Of a stretch of 64,000 nt of DNA, positions 44,488 through 55,092 are shown piece by piece. Both the position numbers and the translations under genes were made by a program. The notes under the pieces are model-generated. The model worked only from the letters and a program-made list of their open reading frames with translations. It made no database searches and had not been told where the DNA came from. Source of the stretch: Candidatus Woesebacteria bacterium RIFCSPLOWO2_01_FULL_39_61 (GTDB taxonomy: Bacteria > Patescibacteriota > Microgenomatia > UBA8517); contig MGHI01000005.1 of the NCBI GenBank assembly GCA_001793155.1, positions 23 through 64,022 on the forward strand, written 5' to 3'. Each line of letters begins with the position of its first letter. Within the stretch, counting starts at the first letter, position 1.

Positions 44488-45024
44488 TTATTGTGCCGGA
44501 GTTTTTTGGTTGTACCAATCCTGTGGATCGATATTTTTTGTTGTTTCACCTTTCTTGACTTCAACAACAATTGGTTTATGTGAAGTGCAGTTTACCGAAA
44601 GTCCGCAAGTTACGAACTCTGAATAGTAAGCTTTATAAAAAAGAATATCGTTTGTATTAGCATAAACACGATATTGTCCTATCGGGGCTTCGAGTAGATA
44701 GCCTTCACCAAAAGTATATTTTGAATCCTTTATATGACTGTCTGTGCAGGCAATTGTTTGTCCTTGCAAGTTTTCCGCACAAACTTTCATGTCGGTCGGA
44801 ATACCTTCTGAAGGAAAGGATAAAGAACCTTCCAGAAAACCTTTTTCCGGAGGAGTTGTAGGTTGAGGAACAAGATTGCTTGAAATGTCGGTATCAAGGG
44901 GAGTAGTTGTTTTTTTACTACTTAATATTTTTTGGTTCAGAAAGTACAGTAATGTTACAATCGCTAATACGGTTATTACAATTGTTCCTGCGACAAGAAG
45001 GGGGATATTTTTTCGTGTCGGCAT
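44488..45024 (-). CDS. Secreted/membrane-anchored hypothetical protein
   Basis: N-terminal TM plus Cys-containing extracellular domain. Confidence 0.35.
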   Translation of the reverse strand: MPTRKNIPLLVAGTIVITVLAIVTLLYFLNQKILSSKKTTTPLDTDISSNLVPQPTTPPEKGFLEGSLSFPSEGIPTDMKVCAENLQGQTIACTDSHIKDSKYTFGEGYLLEAPIGQYRVYANTNDILFYKAYYSEFVTCGLSVNCTSHKPIVVEVKKGETTKNIDPQDWYNQKTPAQ

Positions 45025-45031
45025 AATACAA

Positions 45032-45868
45032 TTATAACAATACGTAACTCTTATTTAAACCAACCAAATTAGGCAGTAGTATTTTTGTATAAGAAGGGGG
45101 AAAGTATACTTCTTCTCCTCCGAAACTTTTTTTAAAATGAGTAAATCCTAGCCAACTTTTATTAGGATAGCGCTCATCATAAATTCCTTCGAAGTCAAAT
45201 ATTTTTGCTCCAATATTTTTTGCCCAAGAAATTCCGGACCAGAGGATTTTATACTGAGCGTAATCTTCCCTCCCTTTTCTAGAGGAAAAAGCTTGCCAAT
45301 AGTGGACACTTTCATCTCCTTTCAGAAAGATGGCTCCTGATGATCCATCGGGTGTAACCAAAAAGATTATTTTTTTGCCAAATGATTCTTGGAGAAAACT
45401 CAAAGAATTTGTTGACGGAACGTGACGAAATAGAGGAACCGACTCTTTCCAGGATTGTCTGAATTTTTCGATATTATTGACGCTATAAACTTTTAGGTCG
45501 GCGGCCTTTTTCAGGTAATTTGGTGTGTCTTTGGCAAATTCTTCAGAAATACTGTTAAGGGATTTTGTAAGATCCATATGCAAAGTTTTAGTAATAGAAC
45601 TGATTTCCCGAGCCGTCTTAAATTTATTCTCCTTCAGGATTTTTTCTTGAATTTCGTCTTTAGGTTCGACGATAATTTGCACGCTTTTATACTTTTGTGC
45701 AATTTGTTGTACAACCTTAACCTCCAGTTTTTCGGGTCGGGGAATTTTCAGAACAGAAGACGTCAGGAAAGGCTTAATAAAGGAAAATACCTCTGACTCA
45801 TTTTCTATCTTCCAACCAATTTTAGACAAGTATTGGGCATATTCGGGGGTCTGACGGATGTCGGTCAT
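45032..45868 (-). CDS. FemAB-family aminoacyltransferase (peptidoglycan interpeptide-bridge formation-like)
   Basis: C-terminal …FEGIYDERYPNKSWLGFTHFKKSFGG… FemAB signature. Confidence 0.5.
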   Translation of the reverse strand: MTDIRQTPEYAQYLSKIGWKIENESEVFSFIKPFLTSSVLKIPRPEKLEVKVVQQIAQKYKSVQIIVEPKDEIQEKILKENKFKTAREISSITKTLHMDLTKSLNSISEEFAKDTPNYLKKAADLKVYSVNNIEKFRQSWKESVPLFRHVPSTNSLSFLQESFGKKIIFLVTPDGSSGAIFLKGDESVHYWQAFSSRKGREDYAQYKILWSGISWAKNIGAKIFDFEGIYDERYPNKSWLGFTHFKKSFGGEEVYFPPSYTKILLPNLVGLNKSYVLL

Positions 45869-45871
45869 TTA

Positions 45872-46960
45872 CTAAAAGGTAGGCGGTCTTATTTTACTTT
45901 TAAGTCTGAGAAGATTCCATCTTGCCAATTCGGCCGCCCTGTATGGCCAATAAAGTGACGATGTTATCAAGTCCCAGGTTCCCAAAAATTCAATAACATC
46001 AGGACTGTAACCTTCTTTGAATTTTGTAAAACCCTTACCTTCCTCTCGTCCCCATAGATCGAATGTTTTTAATCCAAGTTTTTTGCCGTATTTTATTGCT
46101 TCCCACATCATCAGGTTGTTTGCCATTACCTCCTTGAATTTATCGGTGGATGCCCCATAAGGATAATAAAGAAAATCGTGCCAGACAAAGAGAATCCAGG
46201 TGGTAATGATTTCTCGTTTGTAACGGGCGGTTAATAATCTTGCAATCGGCCCGCCTTCGCTTGGAAGTTTCGGCGAGGCAAGTGATTGGCTTGCCCCTCG
46301 AAGCCTAGGCGGAGTGGGATGCAAATACTCCCACATCAGCCTGTGATATCTTTCCGTGTGCGCGTAAAAGCCCTGACGCTCAACGGTTTCCCGGGTTAAT
46401 TCAATATATTTTTCAAAGGCATTATCGGAGTTATCCTCAACCACCTCGACGCCGTGTTTTTGGGCTAAGCGAATATTATAACGTGTTTTAGAGTTAAAAC
46501 TTTTCATTAAATCGTCTTCTGACTTTGTGAGGTCAATCCAAAAGGTTGTTGGAGTAAATAGTGTTTTTCCTCTCACTGCACCGTTTACAGTTAGTAAATT
46601 TGTTAATTTTATTTTTGGATTTTGGGCTACGGGTTGCGAATTTTTAAGGACGGGAATATTGGGTTCCAACTTTATAAATATTAATTTTCTTTCCTTTGCC
46701 AATTTATTTAAATGAATCAGAAGCTCTTTCGTGGGTTTTAGGCCTTTTATGATCGTTCCTATTTTATAAGAAATTTTAGGAATCCTGTGGATCAAAATTT
46801 GTACAGCGTCAGTTAATTTTTTTCCGTCGAAAATTCCCAGTCTAACAACTTCGTTTCCAGCTTCTTTTCTAAACTCTCCCCACTCCCAGGATTGAAGTGG
46901 GTGTCCGGCGTTTTCATTAAAAATTTCTTTTTGATCTTCCCTGAGAAGTGAAATAGTCAT
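45872..46960 (-). CDS. FemAB-family aminoacyltransferase
   Basis: …LKTFDLWGREEGKGFTKFKEGYSP… Tandem with the previous gene, 4-nt intergenic gaps. Confidence 0.5.
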   Translation of the reverse strand: MTISLLREDQKEIFNENAGHPLQSWEWGEFRKEAGNEVVRLGIFDGKKLTDAVQILIHRIPKISYKIGTIIKGLKPTKELLIHLNKLAKERKLIFIKLEPNIPVLKNSQPVAQNPKIKLTNLLTVNGAVRGKTLFTPTTFWIDLTKSEDDLMKSFNSKTRYNIRLAQKHGVEVVEDNSDNAFEKYIELTRETVERQGFYAHTERYHRLMWEYLHPTPPRLRGASQSLASPKLPSEGGPIARLLTARYKREIITTWILFVWHDFLYYPYGASTDKFKEVMANNLMMWEAIKYGKKLGLKTFDLWGREEGKGFTKFKEGYSPDVIEFLGTWDLITSSLYWPYRAAELARWNLLRLKSKIRPPTF

Positions 46961-46963
46961 AAT

Positions 46964-48847
46964 CTAAAAATTTATGCTGTCGTCGAGGGCATCGAGATCG
47001 ATTGTATCTGTATTATCTGACTCTTCAATTTCAAGATAGGAGTTTTCTACGCCCTCTAATAAATTTTCTGGAATGTCGATGATAAAACGCGAAGGAGGAT
47101 TTGAGGCTCTTTGGCCAAAATACAGCCTTCGACCCGCGTAGGTTAAATAAAGGATGTCTTTGGCTCTGGTGATACCCACATACGCCAGGCGTCTTTCTTC
47201 CTCCAGCTGATTCATGTCAAAAAGAGATCTAGCGTGAGGGAAAAGTCCTTCTTCCATTCCCACAATAAAAACAGTGGGGAACTCCAAACCTTTTGCAGCA
47301 TGAAGAGTCATTAATGTTACTTTCCCCTTACTCTCTTCCTGATGTCTGACAATGCCCTTTTCACTTTGTTCTGCCTCAACCAAAGCAACATTTTCCAGAA
47401 ATTCAGTCAGATTAGGGAAGGCGGTAGCAACAGATCGAAGTTCTTTGATGTTTTCCAAGCGTGCCAAGTTTTCTTCAGTCTCTTTATGGTATTTTGATAG
47501 GTAGTCTGTTTTTTGAAACATGGCGTCCATCAGACTCAAGGTCGTTAATTTTTCAGACCAATTTTCCGGTAAATCTTTCTCAAAATTCTGAAATCTTTCC
47601 ACCTGTCGAATACCGAGCTTTTCAATTCGTTTTTTTGAAACTCTGTCTTTGGGATTAACAAGTAACCTTAAGAAAGATATTACATCTTTAACTTCTTTGC
47701 GTGAGTAGAATCTGACACCACCGACAAGGGTATAGGGGATGCCAGCGTGGAGAAAGGCTTCCTCCAAAACCCTCGATTGGGCATTAGTTCTATAAAGAAT
47801 TGCAAAGTCGTGGAATTCCAGCCCTTGGGTAATTAGTTTATCAACTTCGCCCAGGACAAACTGTGCTTCGTCCAACTCAGATCTTGCTCTATAAACTTTT
47901 ATTTTTTCGCTACCGACTTTATCTGTCCAAAGCTTCAAGATCGGGTGCAATGTATTTCTTTTGATTACCGAGTTAGCAGCATCAAGAATTGTTTGTGTGG
48001 ATCGATAGTTTTGTTCCAAATTAATAACTTTTAGTTTGGGATAATCCCGAATCAAATTGTTTATATTTCGGAAGTCAGCTCCGCGCCAAGAATAAATAGA
48101 CTGTGCCGCATCCCCAACGGCGGTTAAATTCTCGTTCTGTTCCACGAGTTGTTTTGTCAATTTATACTGAACTTTATTTGTATCCTGCCACTCGTCGACA
48201 AAAATATGGGTAAGAACGTCCTGCCAGCGGGTTAATGTTTCAGGACTTTCGTCAAAAAGTTTAACAGCTTTTAAGAGTAAATCGTCAAAATCCAAGGCTC
48301 CAACTTTTTTGAGGAGCTTTTCATATTCAGTCCAAATCTTGAAAACCTTTTCCTGCCACTCGCCCCGGACAAGCTCGGCATATAAACTGGGAGTTAACAT
48401 CTGATTTTTCGCCTCGGAAATTTGGGAGGAAATTGCATTAGGGTTATATTTATCGGTCGAAAGATTCAACTCCGTCAGTATTTCTTTAATTATCTCTTTA
48501 GAATCGTCTTCGTCGTATATTAAAAAATTAGCAGGAATGTCAATTGCGAGGCCATCCTTTCTTAAAACTCTTACACAAAAAGAGTGGAAGGTACCTGCAA
48601 AAGCAGGGACTTCGTGGATAAGGTTAAGCACTCGTTCTTTCATTTCGGTGGCGGCCTTATTGGTAAATGTGAGCAAAAGTACGTTTTCGGATCTAACCCT
48701 TCCCTGATCTATAAACCATGCAACACGGTAAGTAAGTACGCGGGTTTTCCCCGAACCGGCTCCGGCAAGGACCAATAATGGACCGCCTGAAAAAGTTACG
48801 GCTTCTTGCTGCCGCGCGTTAAGGTTATTTAGAAACTTGTCAGCCAT
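46964..48847 (-). CDS. pcrA: UvrD/PcrA/Rep-family DNA helicase
   Basis: GAGSGKT Walker A, TFHSFC, DEWQDTN, VGDAAQSIY, QNYRS, VGITRA motifs. Confidence 0.8.
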   Translation of the reverse strand: MADKFLNNLNARQQEAVTFSGGPLLVLAGAGSGKTRVLTYRVAWFIDQGRVRSENVLLLTFTNKAATEMKERVLNLIHEVPAFAGTFHSFCVRVLRKDGLAIDIPANFLIYDEDDSKEIIKEILTELNLSTDKYNPNAISSQISEAKNQMLTPSLYAELVRGEWQEKVFKIWTEYEKLLKKVGALDFDDLLLKAVKLFDESPETLTRWQDVLTHIFVDEWQDTNKVQYKLTKQLVEQNENLTAVGDAAQSIYSWRGADFRNINNLIRDYPKLKVINLEQNYRSTQTILDAANSVIKRNTLHPILKLWTDKVGSEKIKVYRARSELDEAQFVLGEVDKLITQGLEFHDFAILYRTNAQSRVLEEAFLHAGIPYTLVGGVRFYSRKEVKDVISFLRLLVNPKDRVSKKRIEKLGIRQVERFQNFEKDLPENWSEKLTTLSLMDAMFQKTDYLSKYHKETEENLARLENIKELRSVATAFPNLTEFLENVALVEAEQSEKGIVRHQEESKGKVTLMTLHAAKGLEFPTVFIVGMEEGLFPHARSLFDMNQLEEERRLAYVGITRAKDILYLTYAGRRLYFGQRASNPPSRFIIDIPENLLEGVENSYLEIEESDNTDTIDLDALDDSINF

Positions 48848-48876
48848 AAATTCTTAACCTAAAATCGGTTTAGGTA

Positions 48877-50079
48877 ATGAAAAGTGAAACCCAAAAAGTA
48901 AATACGAATAATTTTATCACGGAACGTGGAACAATCACGGATGGTGAAAATCTCACGGAAAGCGAATCGCTTACAGAAGAGAATCTGCGATTTACTTTTA
49001 AGAGAACGAGGTTCCAAATTGCAGCCTCCAGAATAAAGAGGAGGATATTCAAGCACGTCAAAATAATGCGTTTGCTAAGCGTTTTTACCTTCGCTGCACT
49101 TTTCTTACTTTTTATAGTCATTTTTAGAAGTCTATTAACAACGATCGGTCTGGGTTATTACTTGGGTCTTTTTTCTGACTTTGTTTTTACCCCGGAGGCA
49201 AAAATAGAATCCATAAATGGGGTTACCAATATACTTATATTGGGAAAAGGGGGTGATGGCCACGAAGCCCCGGATTTGACTGATACGATTATTTTTGCTT
49301 CCATTTCTCACAAAACCGGAAGGATAGTCCTGATTTCCCTGCCCCGCGACATTTGGATTCCGGCACTTCGTGCAAAATTAAATAGCACCTACTATTGGGG
49401 TAACCAGAAAAAAACCGGCGGTGGACTTATACTCGCAAAGTCCCAGGTAGAAGAAATTTTAGGCAAACCTATACAGTATGCCGCAATACTTGATTTTTCA
49501 GGATTTAAACAAATAATTGACATTATTGGCGGAATAGATGTTAACGTTGAGAACTCCTTTACTGATAATAAATATCCAATTACCGGACGGGAAAATGATA
49601 CCTGTGATGGTGATAGAGAATTTAAATGTCGATACGAAACAATTTCCTTCGAAAAAGGGACTCAGCATATGGATGGGGAGCTTACTCTGAAGTTTGTACG
49701 GAGCCGAAACTCCGAGGGAGATGAAGGCACAGATCTTGCCAGAGAGAAAAGACAGCAGAAGGTGATAGATGCCATCAAAGATAGAGTTTTAGATAGAGAA
49801 ATTCTATTATCCCCCAAAACACTTCTTGCACTTAAAAACACACTGGCGGCATCAACAGAAACAGATTTGAACGTTTCAAATACGGCGATATTAGCAAGAA
49901 GATTATTCGACTCGCGCGATGAGGTCTATTCATACGTGCTCCCTCAGAATTTTCTTGTAAATCCACCGATTTCACCAACACATGACAACCTTTATGTCTT
50001 TATTCCAAAAGATAAAAAATGGGATAAGGTACAGGAGTGGGTTGAGTGTGTAATAGACCAGAGAGATGGATGTCAATGA
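48877..50079 (+). CDS. LytR-CpsA-Psr (LCP) family protein
   Basis: TM anchor then …ILILGKGGDGHEAPDLTDTIIFASI…LISLPRDIWIP LCP signature. An alternative start lies at the MRLLSVF internal Met. Confidence 0.65.
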   Translation: MKSETQKVNTNNFITERGTITDGENLTESESLTEENLRFTFKRTRFQIAASRIKRRIFKHVKIMRLLSVFTFAALFLLFIVIFRSLLTTIGLGYYLGLFSDFVFTPEAKIESINGVTNILILGKGGDGHEAPDLTDTIIFASISHKTGRIVLISLPRDIWIPALRAKLNSTYYWGNQKKTGGGLILAKSQVEEILGKPIQYAAILDFSGFKQIIDIIGGIDVNVENSFTDNKYPITGRENDTCDGDREFKCRYETISFEKGTQHMDGELTLKFVRSRNSEGDEGTDLAREKRQQKVIDAIKDRVLDREILLSPKTLLALKNTLAASTETDLNVSNTAILARRLFDSRDEVYSYVLPQNFLVNPPISPTHDNLYVFIPKDKKWDKVQEWVECVIDQRDGCQ

Positions 50080-50141
50080 AATGAACCTAGAGCATATCCA
50101 CCTCTTAACAAATGTATAGTTAAAGTGTAAGTTTTATTTAA

Positions 50142-50618
50142 ATGTCTGAGAGAGAAAGGAAAGAAGAAAAATCAGATTCAAGCGGTGGTTCTTATTACTT
50201 CATTTTTCCTGAGGGAACCACTCCTGAAATAATTAAGAAGAAACTACCTCATGCAGGAAAGAATTTTCCTTTGATGGTTGGGGCTAGTCTGTCTCTTACC
50301 TCTTTGGTGTTTGAAGTTGCGGTAAAGCCTAAACTCTTACAAATTCACGAGAGATTCAATGTAGGAATTCCTCTTTACACCAAATTTAGCATTCTTGTTT
50401 CAATTTTTATCCTTATAGTCTATTTTGCCTTTTTATTGCTAAGGAACGAGAAAGTCGAGTATACGAGTGAGGAAATTGCCGAAGGCAAAGTGAAAGTTGT
50501 TCCTATTCAAAAAGAAGATAAACTTCAGAATATTTTTATGTTGACAGTATTGGTTTTGTATTCTGCCTTTATAATAATTGCTACTCTTGGCCCCATCTTT
50601 CAAATGTTAATGAAATAG
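50142..50618 (+). CDS. Hypothetical membrane protein
   Basis: ORF with 3-4 TM helices. Confidence 0.3.
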   Translation: MSERERKEEKSDSSGGSYYFIFPEGTTPEIIKKKLPHAGKNFPLMVGASLSLTSLVFEVAVKPKLLQIHERFNVGIPLYTKFSILVSIFILIVYFAFLLLRNEKVEYTSEEIAEGKVKVVPIQKEDKLQNIFMLTVLVLYSAFIIIATLGPIFQMLMK

Positions 50619-50658
50619 TAAACGTTTGCTGGGAGAAGTTAATGTTTAAAGATTTCTG

Positions 50659-51156
50659 TCAGTGAGGTGTTTGTAATCTATCCATCAAAGAAGAGGCTAT
50701 GTTTTGTTCGTATTCTTCTTGATTTTCAGGAGCAAAACTCATTTGTGAGGTGTAGGTTCTTGCTGCAGACTCGATATCATTATTAGTTAGTCCAACGACT
50801 TTCCCTGTTGCTTTGGCTAGACGCGTTGCATCGTCTAACTTTAACCAAAATTGTGATTTACCTTTTATTTCACCTTGACGCTCGTGGGGGTATGATATAA
50901 CAACTGTTTCTTCATCTTTATTTTCGAAAGTTCCCCCCAATACTCCCATAAGCAGTTTATTAGGATCAAAAGAAAGGCGATCAATTTTGCCGGGGAAAGT
51001 AATTCTGCCGTTTACAACTTGTATATTACCCATTCCATTTAAAAGATCGAATTGTTGTACTAATGGCGCATGCGCAGTCAATCCGTTTACTTGCCATGCT
51101 TCTAGTGCCAGTGAGTGTGCGATAGCGACGCCTTTTTGCTCTTCTTCAGGATACAT
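50659..51156 (-). CDS. Hypothetical protein
   Basis: ORF only. Confidence 0.3.
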   Translation of the reverse strand: MYPEEEQKGVAIAHSLALEAWQVNGLTAHAPLVQQFDLLNGMGNIQVVNGRITFPGKIDRLSFDPNKLLMGVLGGTFENKDEETVVISYPHERQGEIKGKSQFWLKLDDATRLAKATGKVVGLTNNDIESAARTYTSQMSFAPENQEEYEQNIASSLMDRLQTPH

Positions 51157-51226
51157 AAATTTATTAAGTCAGATTATACAGTAGAAAGCGTTTTTCTTAA
51201 ATTATTCTATAAAAAGGCATATATTT

Positions 51227-53326
51227 TTACTTAACTTTGTAAACTGTAATACCGGGAGTTTGAAAAACTACCCCGCCTAACGAACGGAATTTATCCTCCT
51301 TAATTAATTGAAATTTTTGCCGTTCAAAAGGACCAATAATAACAAATTTCACTTGGTATTTTTCGAGTAAACGCTTGGTGAGCTCTATATCTTCGGATTG
51401 ATAAATCTGGTCAATTTCGCCGACCCTTTCTTGGGGAAATTTGGAATCTCCACGCCATAGCCATTCGTGCACAAACCAGCCCGAAACAGTCGGCAGACCG
51501 GAATATGAAGAAATAATATTAAATTCAGTGTAACTGTCTCCGGGAGCTTCAAGAATTACAGGTTGATCGGGAACTGAAATTCTGAACCACCCAACCGCTT
51601 GGTAAATTTCCGGGTACCTTTCTTTCAACCAAGTATTTCCGGATAAGCCCTTGTAATTTTTAAGATCTGAATAGTAAGACTTAATCCCGAATGCTGGATA
51701 CATAAATATAGCGCTAAAAATTACAACGTAGATTAATAAAAGTGGAATTTTGAGCTTTAATTCTTTCAGAAAGATTAAAGTTCTTATCGCAATATATCCG
51801 CAAAGCGTATAGAAAATTACGAAAGCTTGATAAGTTAACTTAAACATGGTATTTGCTCTGTAGTATGAGGCCGTATAGATATCTTTTACATAAATAACTT
51901 CAGGCAATAGGATTAGTATCCAAGCGGAGGCTAGTAAAGATAAAGTAAAAAGGTCCGAAAAGGAAACGTTTTTGAAACGTTTTGTCTCGAGAAAAAGAGT
52001 CAACCAATAAAGTATGGTTATAATTAACGGAAATCCCCAAAGTATGGCGAGCTGCCAGAGGGGTGAGTGCGTTTTGACCAGCGCCACACCTTGGGCAATA
52101 GATTCAAAATGGATAATGAAAAGTAAAGAGGTAAGAAGGGCAATTAAAAGCATGGTTCCGGTTTGTAAGGCCGTGTGAATGAATGTCTTTATCCTAAGGC
52201 GATGCTTTTTGAGATTAAATATAAAAATCGTAACACCAGAAACCAGCAAGTAATTACCAAAATCCCAAGTATTGGCCATAAAAAAGATTCCCAAGGTAAA
52301 ACCCAAAACAAGGGTCTTTTTATAGTTGAATGAAGCAAAGTCTTTCATAAAGGAAGCAAGCAACCCAATAAACATAAGGACAATGGGAAGATTGATAAGA
52401 TGCGGGTGAAGATCCGATACGATGAAAGAATATATCGGAAATTCGTGAATAGTTTTATCGTTTGTTTCCGGATTATAGCCTATGAAACGGGTTGCGTCTG
52501 GATACCAGTATTTGTCTTTGCCCTCTTTTAATACATAAACCGCGCTGTGGAAGTTACCGGCAAGGATAAGTGCAAATCCCGATAATATTCCGGCTGCGAT
52601 TACGGCTCTTGTTTTAAGACGCACTTCAGAATTCCCCAAGCTGCCGAGCTTGGGGACGGATGAAGCAAGACTAGAAGCCTTGGCTTCACTTTTCGGTTTT
52701 AGCTGGGATAGAAGGAACGTTGCAATTGCGAAGGATCCCGAAAGACTCAACCCCATTATGGTAGCGAGCATTAAATTATAGGTGATATAAGAGGGTATCT
52801 GTGTTATTTTTGTGGCTACGGCTACCCAAAGATGGCCGAACCAATAGTAATTTATGGATTTTCCTGCAAACCACATATCGGCTGGTGGTAAATATTTTGT
52901 ACGTAAGATGGAATTTATAAAGCCGAAATCCATAAGTTTTTCCAAACCCAAAATATCCGGCTGGTGGGTGCGGACGTAACTCCAGGTAAGAAGTCCAAAC
53001 GTAAATAGTATTTCTTGCAGTATTAATACCCTAATATTTTTTTTGAACATCTTGAAAAGTTTATCTTTATGTTTTATCAAGAAAGCAAGATTGATTATTA
53101 TCCAAAAGCCGATTACTAGATAAAGATAAAAGTTAGAAAAGGGAGCAATTTTTAAAGAAGAAAGGACAAAGATTGTGAAGGTAATAAATATAAATCCTAC
53201 AGTTTTAATGAAGGCGGATGATAGAAAGCGGTCTTTAAAAAGCAAAAACGTAACCGGGGCTGAAATTAGTCCTACAAGAAAAAATGTTGACCACCAAGTA
53301 AAAATATTTAGTAAATCCTGGTTCAT
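51227..53326 (-). CDS. DUF2298 (YYY-domain) polytopic membrane protein, putative GT-C-like glycosyltransferase
   Basis: …GLEKLMDFGFINSILRTKYLPPADMWFAGKSINYYWFGH… matches the DUF2298 signature. Confidence 0.5.
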   Translation of the reverse strand: MNQDLLNIFTWWSTFFLVGLISAPVTFLLFKDRFLSSAFIKTVGFIFITFTIFVLSSLKIAPFSNFYLYLVIGFWIIINLAFLIKHKDKLFKMFKKNIRVLILQEILFTFGLLTWSYVRTHQPDILGLEKLMDFGFINSILRTKYLPPADMWFAGKSINYYWFGHLWVAVATKITQIPSYITYNLMLATIMGLSLSGSFAIATFLLSQLKPKSEAKASSLASSVPKLGSLGNSEVRLKTRAVIAAGILSGFALILAGNFHSAVYVLKEGKDKYWYPDATRFIGYNPETNDKTIHEFPIYSFIVSDLHPHLINLPIVLMFIGLLASFMKDFASFNYKKTLVLGFTLGIFFMANTWDFGNYLLVSGVTIFIFNLKKHRLRIKTFIHTALQTGTMLLIALLTSLLFIIHFESIAQGVALVKTHSPLWQLAILWGFPLIITILYWLTLFLETKRFKNVSFSDLFTLSLLASAWILILLPEVIYVKDIYTASYYRANTMFKLTYQAFVIFYTLCGYIAIRTLIFLKELKLKIPLLLIYVVIFSAIFMYPAFGIKSYYSDLKNYKGLSGNTWLKERYPEIYQAVGWFRISVPDQPVILEAPGDSYTEFNIISSYSGLPTVSGWFVHEWLWRGDSKFPQERVGEIDQIYQSEDIELTKRLLEKYQVKFVIIGPFERQKFQLIKEDKFRSLGGVVFQTPGITVYKVK

Positions 53327-53400
53327 AATTTAGACTTATATAAAAGGGAAGTTTAAATTAATATATTTGTATTGTAATTACAATGAATTGAAAATTATAT

Positions 53401-55092
53401 ATGAAAAAGCGTTTATTTATATTTTATCTGCTCATAACCTCACTACTTTTTTTTGCAAGAGTTGTTGTTTTTGCGGACCGATTGGGAGGAGTAGAGCACG
53501 ACAGCGGGTGGTACCTGGGTGTTGCGAGAAATTTAGCCCAACGGGGAATCTATGCATCGTACACAAATACTATAATTCCGGAAGAGCAGGGAGACTACCC
53601 CAGTATTCACGGAAGGTTCTCGGTTCAGGATGAAAACGGATATTCCTACTTTCCAGCCGGGGTAACTGTCGGGCCGGGATATATTATTCCCGAGGCAATA
53701 CTTTTGAAGATTTTCGGTTACGACTTTTGGCAGTTTCGGCTTTGGCCGTTAATATCTTTTTTGGGTTTATTAATACTGGTTTTTTATTTTGCTTACAAAT
53801 TGGGTGGCTGGATTTCACTGATAATTTTATACATTTGGCTATGGCTTTTTCCTCAAATTTATTTACCCATGGCCTATGAGGCCTATGGCGAACATGTTGC
53901 GTTATTTTATTTGCTTTTAAGTTTTTTTCTGTTTTTAAGAAAATCAAAAACTGAGAGATCAAATTATTTTTTGATGTTTATCTCAGGCGTTATTTTCTCT
54001 TTGTCGGTTTTGACTAAGTATCTGATGCTTCTTGCAATATCTTCCTTCGGTTTCATTTTCTTGTGCGACGTATTTTTAATGTTTCGGAAAAAAGACCCCA
54101 GACAAACAAGACAAAAGATTTTTGGATGGATCGTCTGGGGATTGGGATTTGTCTTGCCGATGGCTATTTTTGAAGTCTATCGCTATCTGAGTTTAGTATC
54201 TCAGTTCGGAGTTCAAGGTTGGAAGGCAATTAATAAAGATATTCAAATTCATCTTGCCCAAAACGGCAGCGGCCTGAAGTTGCTAAAACTTGATTATAAT
54301 TTTGTCTTTAAAAAGTTTTTAATTTGGGAAAAGTTTGGATTTAGGTACGGGTTTTTGGCATGGACGGTTTTAGCTTTTTATACGCTTCAAATTCTGTATA
54401 AAAAACGCAAAGGTGATATTCAGATTTTTAGTCTATTTATAGTATCCAGCCTAGCAGGGTTAATTTGGTTTACATTCTTTTCTCCGACAGGATGGACAAG
54501 ACATGCTTGGATGAGTTTAGTTTTAGGCCTTGTGCTTATAGCCTCATTTTTGGGCAGTTTAATAAGTCGAATTAAAATGAAGAAGAAATTTGGTTTTACC
54601 TTAATTTTGGGAGCGTCTATTTTGTTAACGCAGAGATTAAGTATGGCGCACCCCAAGTTTTCTATTGACGAATCGGTGATTAATAAATGGGAACTTCAAA
54701 GGTATGAAGGCGGATTGCAGGGTTTGCCTACAAATACAATTGCCTCGCTTAGTGATCAGAAGGAACTGAAATCTTTTTTTGAAAAAAACGTTAAAAATAA
54801 AGATAGGGTTTATTATCTGGGGTGGTTTCTGGTTGCCGAAGCCTCTCCGATTGTCGATAAGGTATTTTATACATACGATAGATATGAATATTTGCAAAGG
54901 AAAAATCCCCAGAATGGTGTATCGTACCTGATTTTAGGGCCATACCAAAAGGGTAGGCTGTCTTTAGTGGGTCAATCATATGTTCCGAAAAAAATCGATA
55001 GCTTATGCAACAAAGTCGTTTTTAATAATCCCTCATACACCCTGTGTACTCTCAGGAACGACGTGAATTATACAAACCGTGCCTATGAGTAG
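53401..55092 (+). CDS. GT-C glycosyltransferase (ArnT/PMT-like)
   Basis: Polytopic. First loop GGVEHDSGWYLGVARNLAQRG. Large C-terminal domain. Confidence 0.45.
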   Translation: MKKRLFIFYLLITSLLFFARVVVFADRLGGVEHDSGWYLGVARNLAQRGIYASYTNTIIPEEQGDYPSIHGRFSVQDENGYSYFPAGVTVGPGYIIPEAILLKIFGYDFWQFRLWPLISFLGLLILVFYFAYKLGGWISLIILYIWLWLFPQIYLPMAYEAYGEHVALFYLLLSFFLFLRKSKTERSNYFLMFISGVIFSLSVLTKYLMLLAISSFGFIFLCDVFLMFRKKDPRQTRQKIFGWIVWGLGFVLPMAIFEVYRYLSLVSQFGVQGWKAINKDIQIHLAQNGSGLKLLKLDYNFVFKKFLIWEKFGFRYGFLAWTVLAFYTLQILYKKRKGDIQIFSLFIVSSLAGLIWFTFFSPTGWTRHAWMSLVLGLVLIASFLGSLISRIKMKKKFGFTLILGASILLTQRLSMAHPKFSIDESVINKWELQRYEGGLQGLPTNTIASLSDQKELKSFFEKNVKNKDRVYYLGWFLVAEASPIVDKVFYTYDRYEYLQRKNPQNGVSYLILGPYQKGRLSLVGQSYVPKKIDSLCNKVVFNNPSYTLCTLRNDVNYTNRAYE

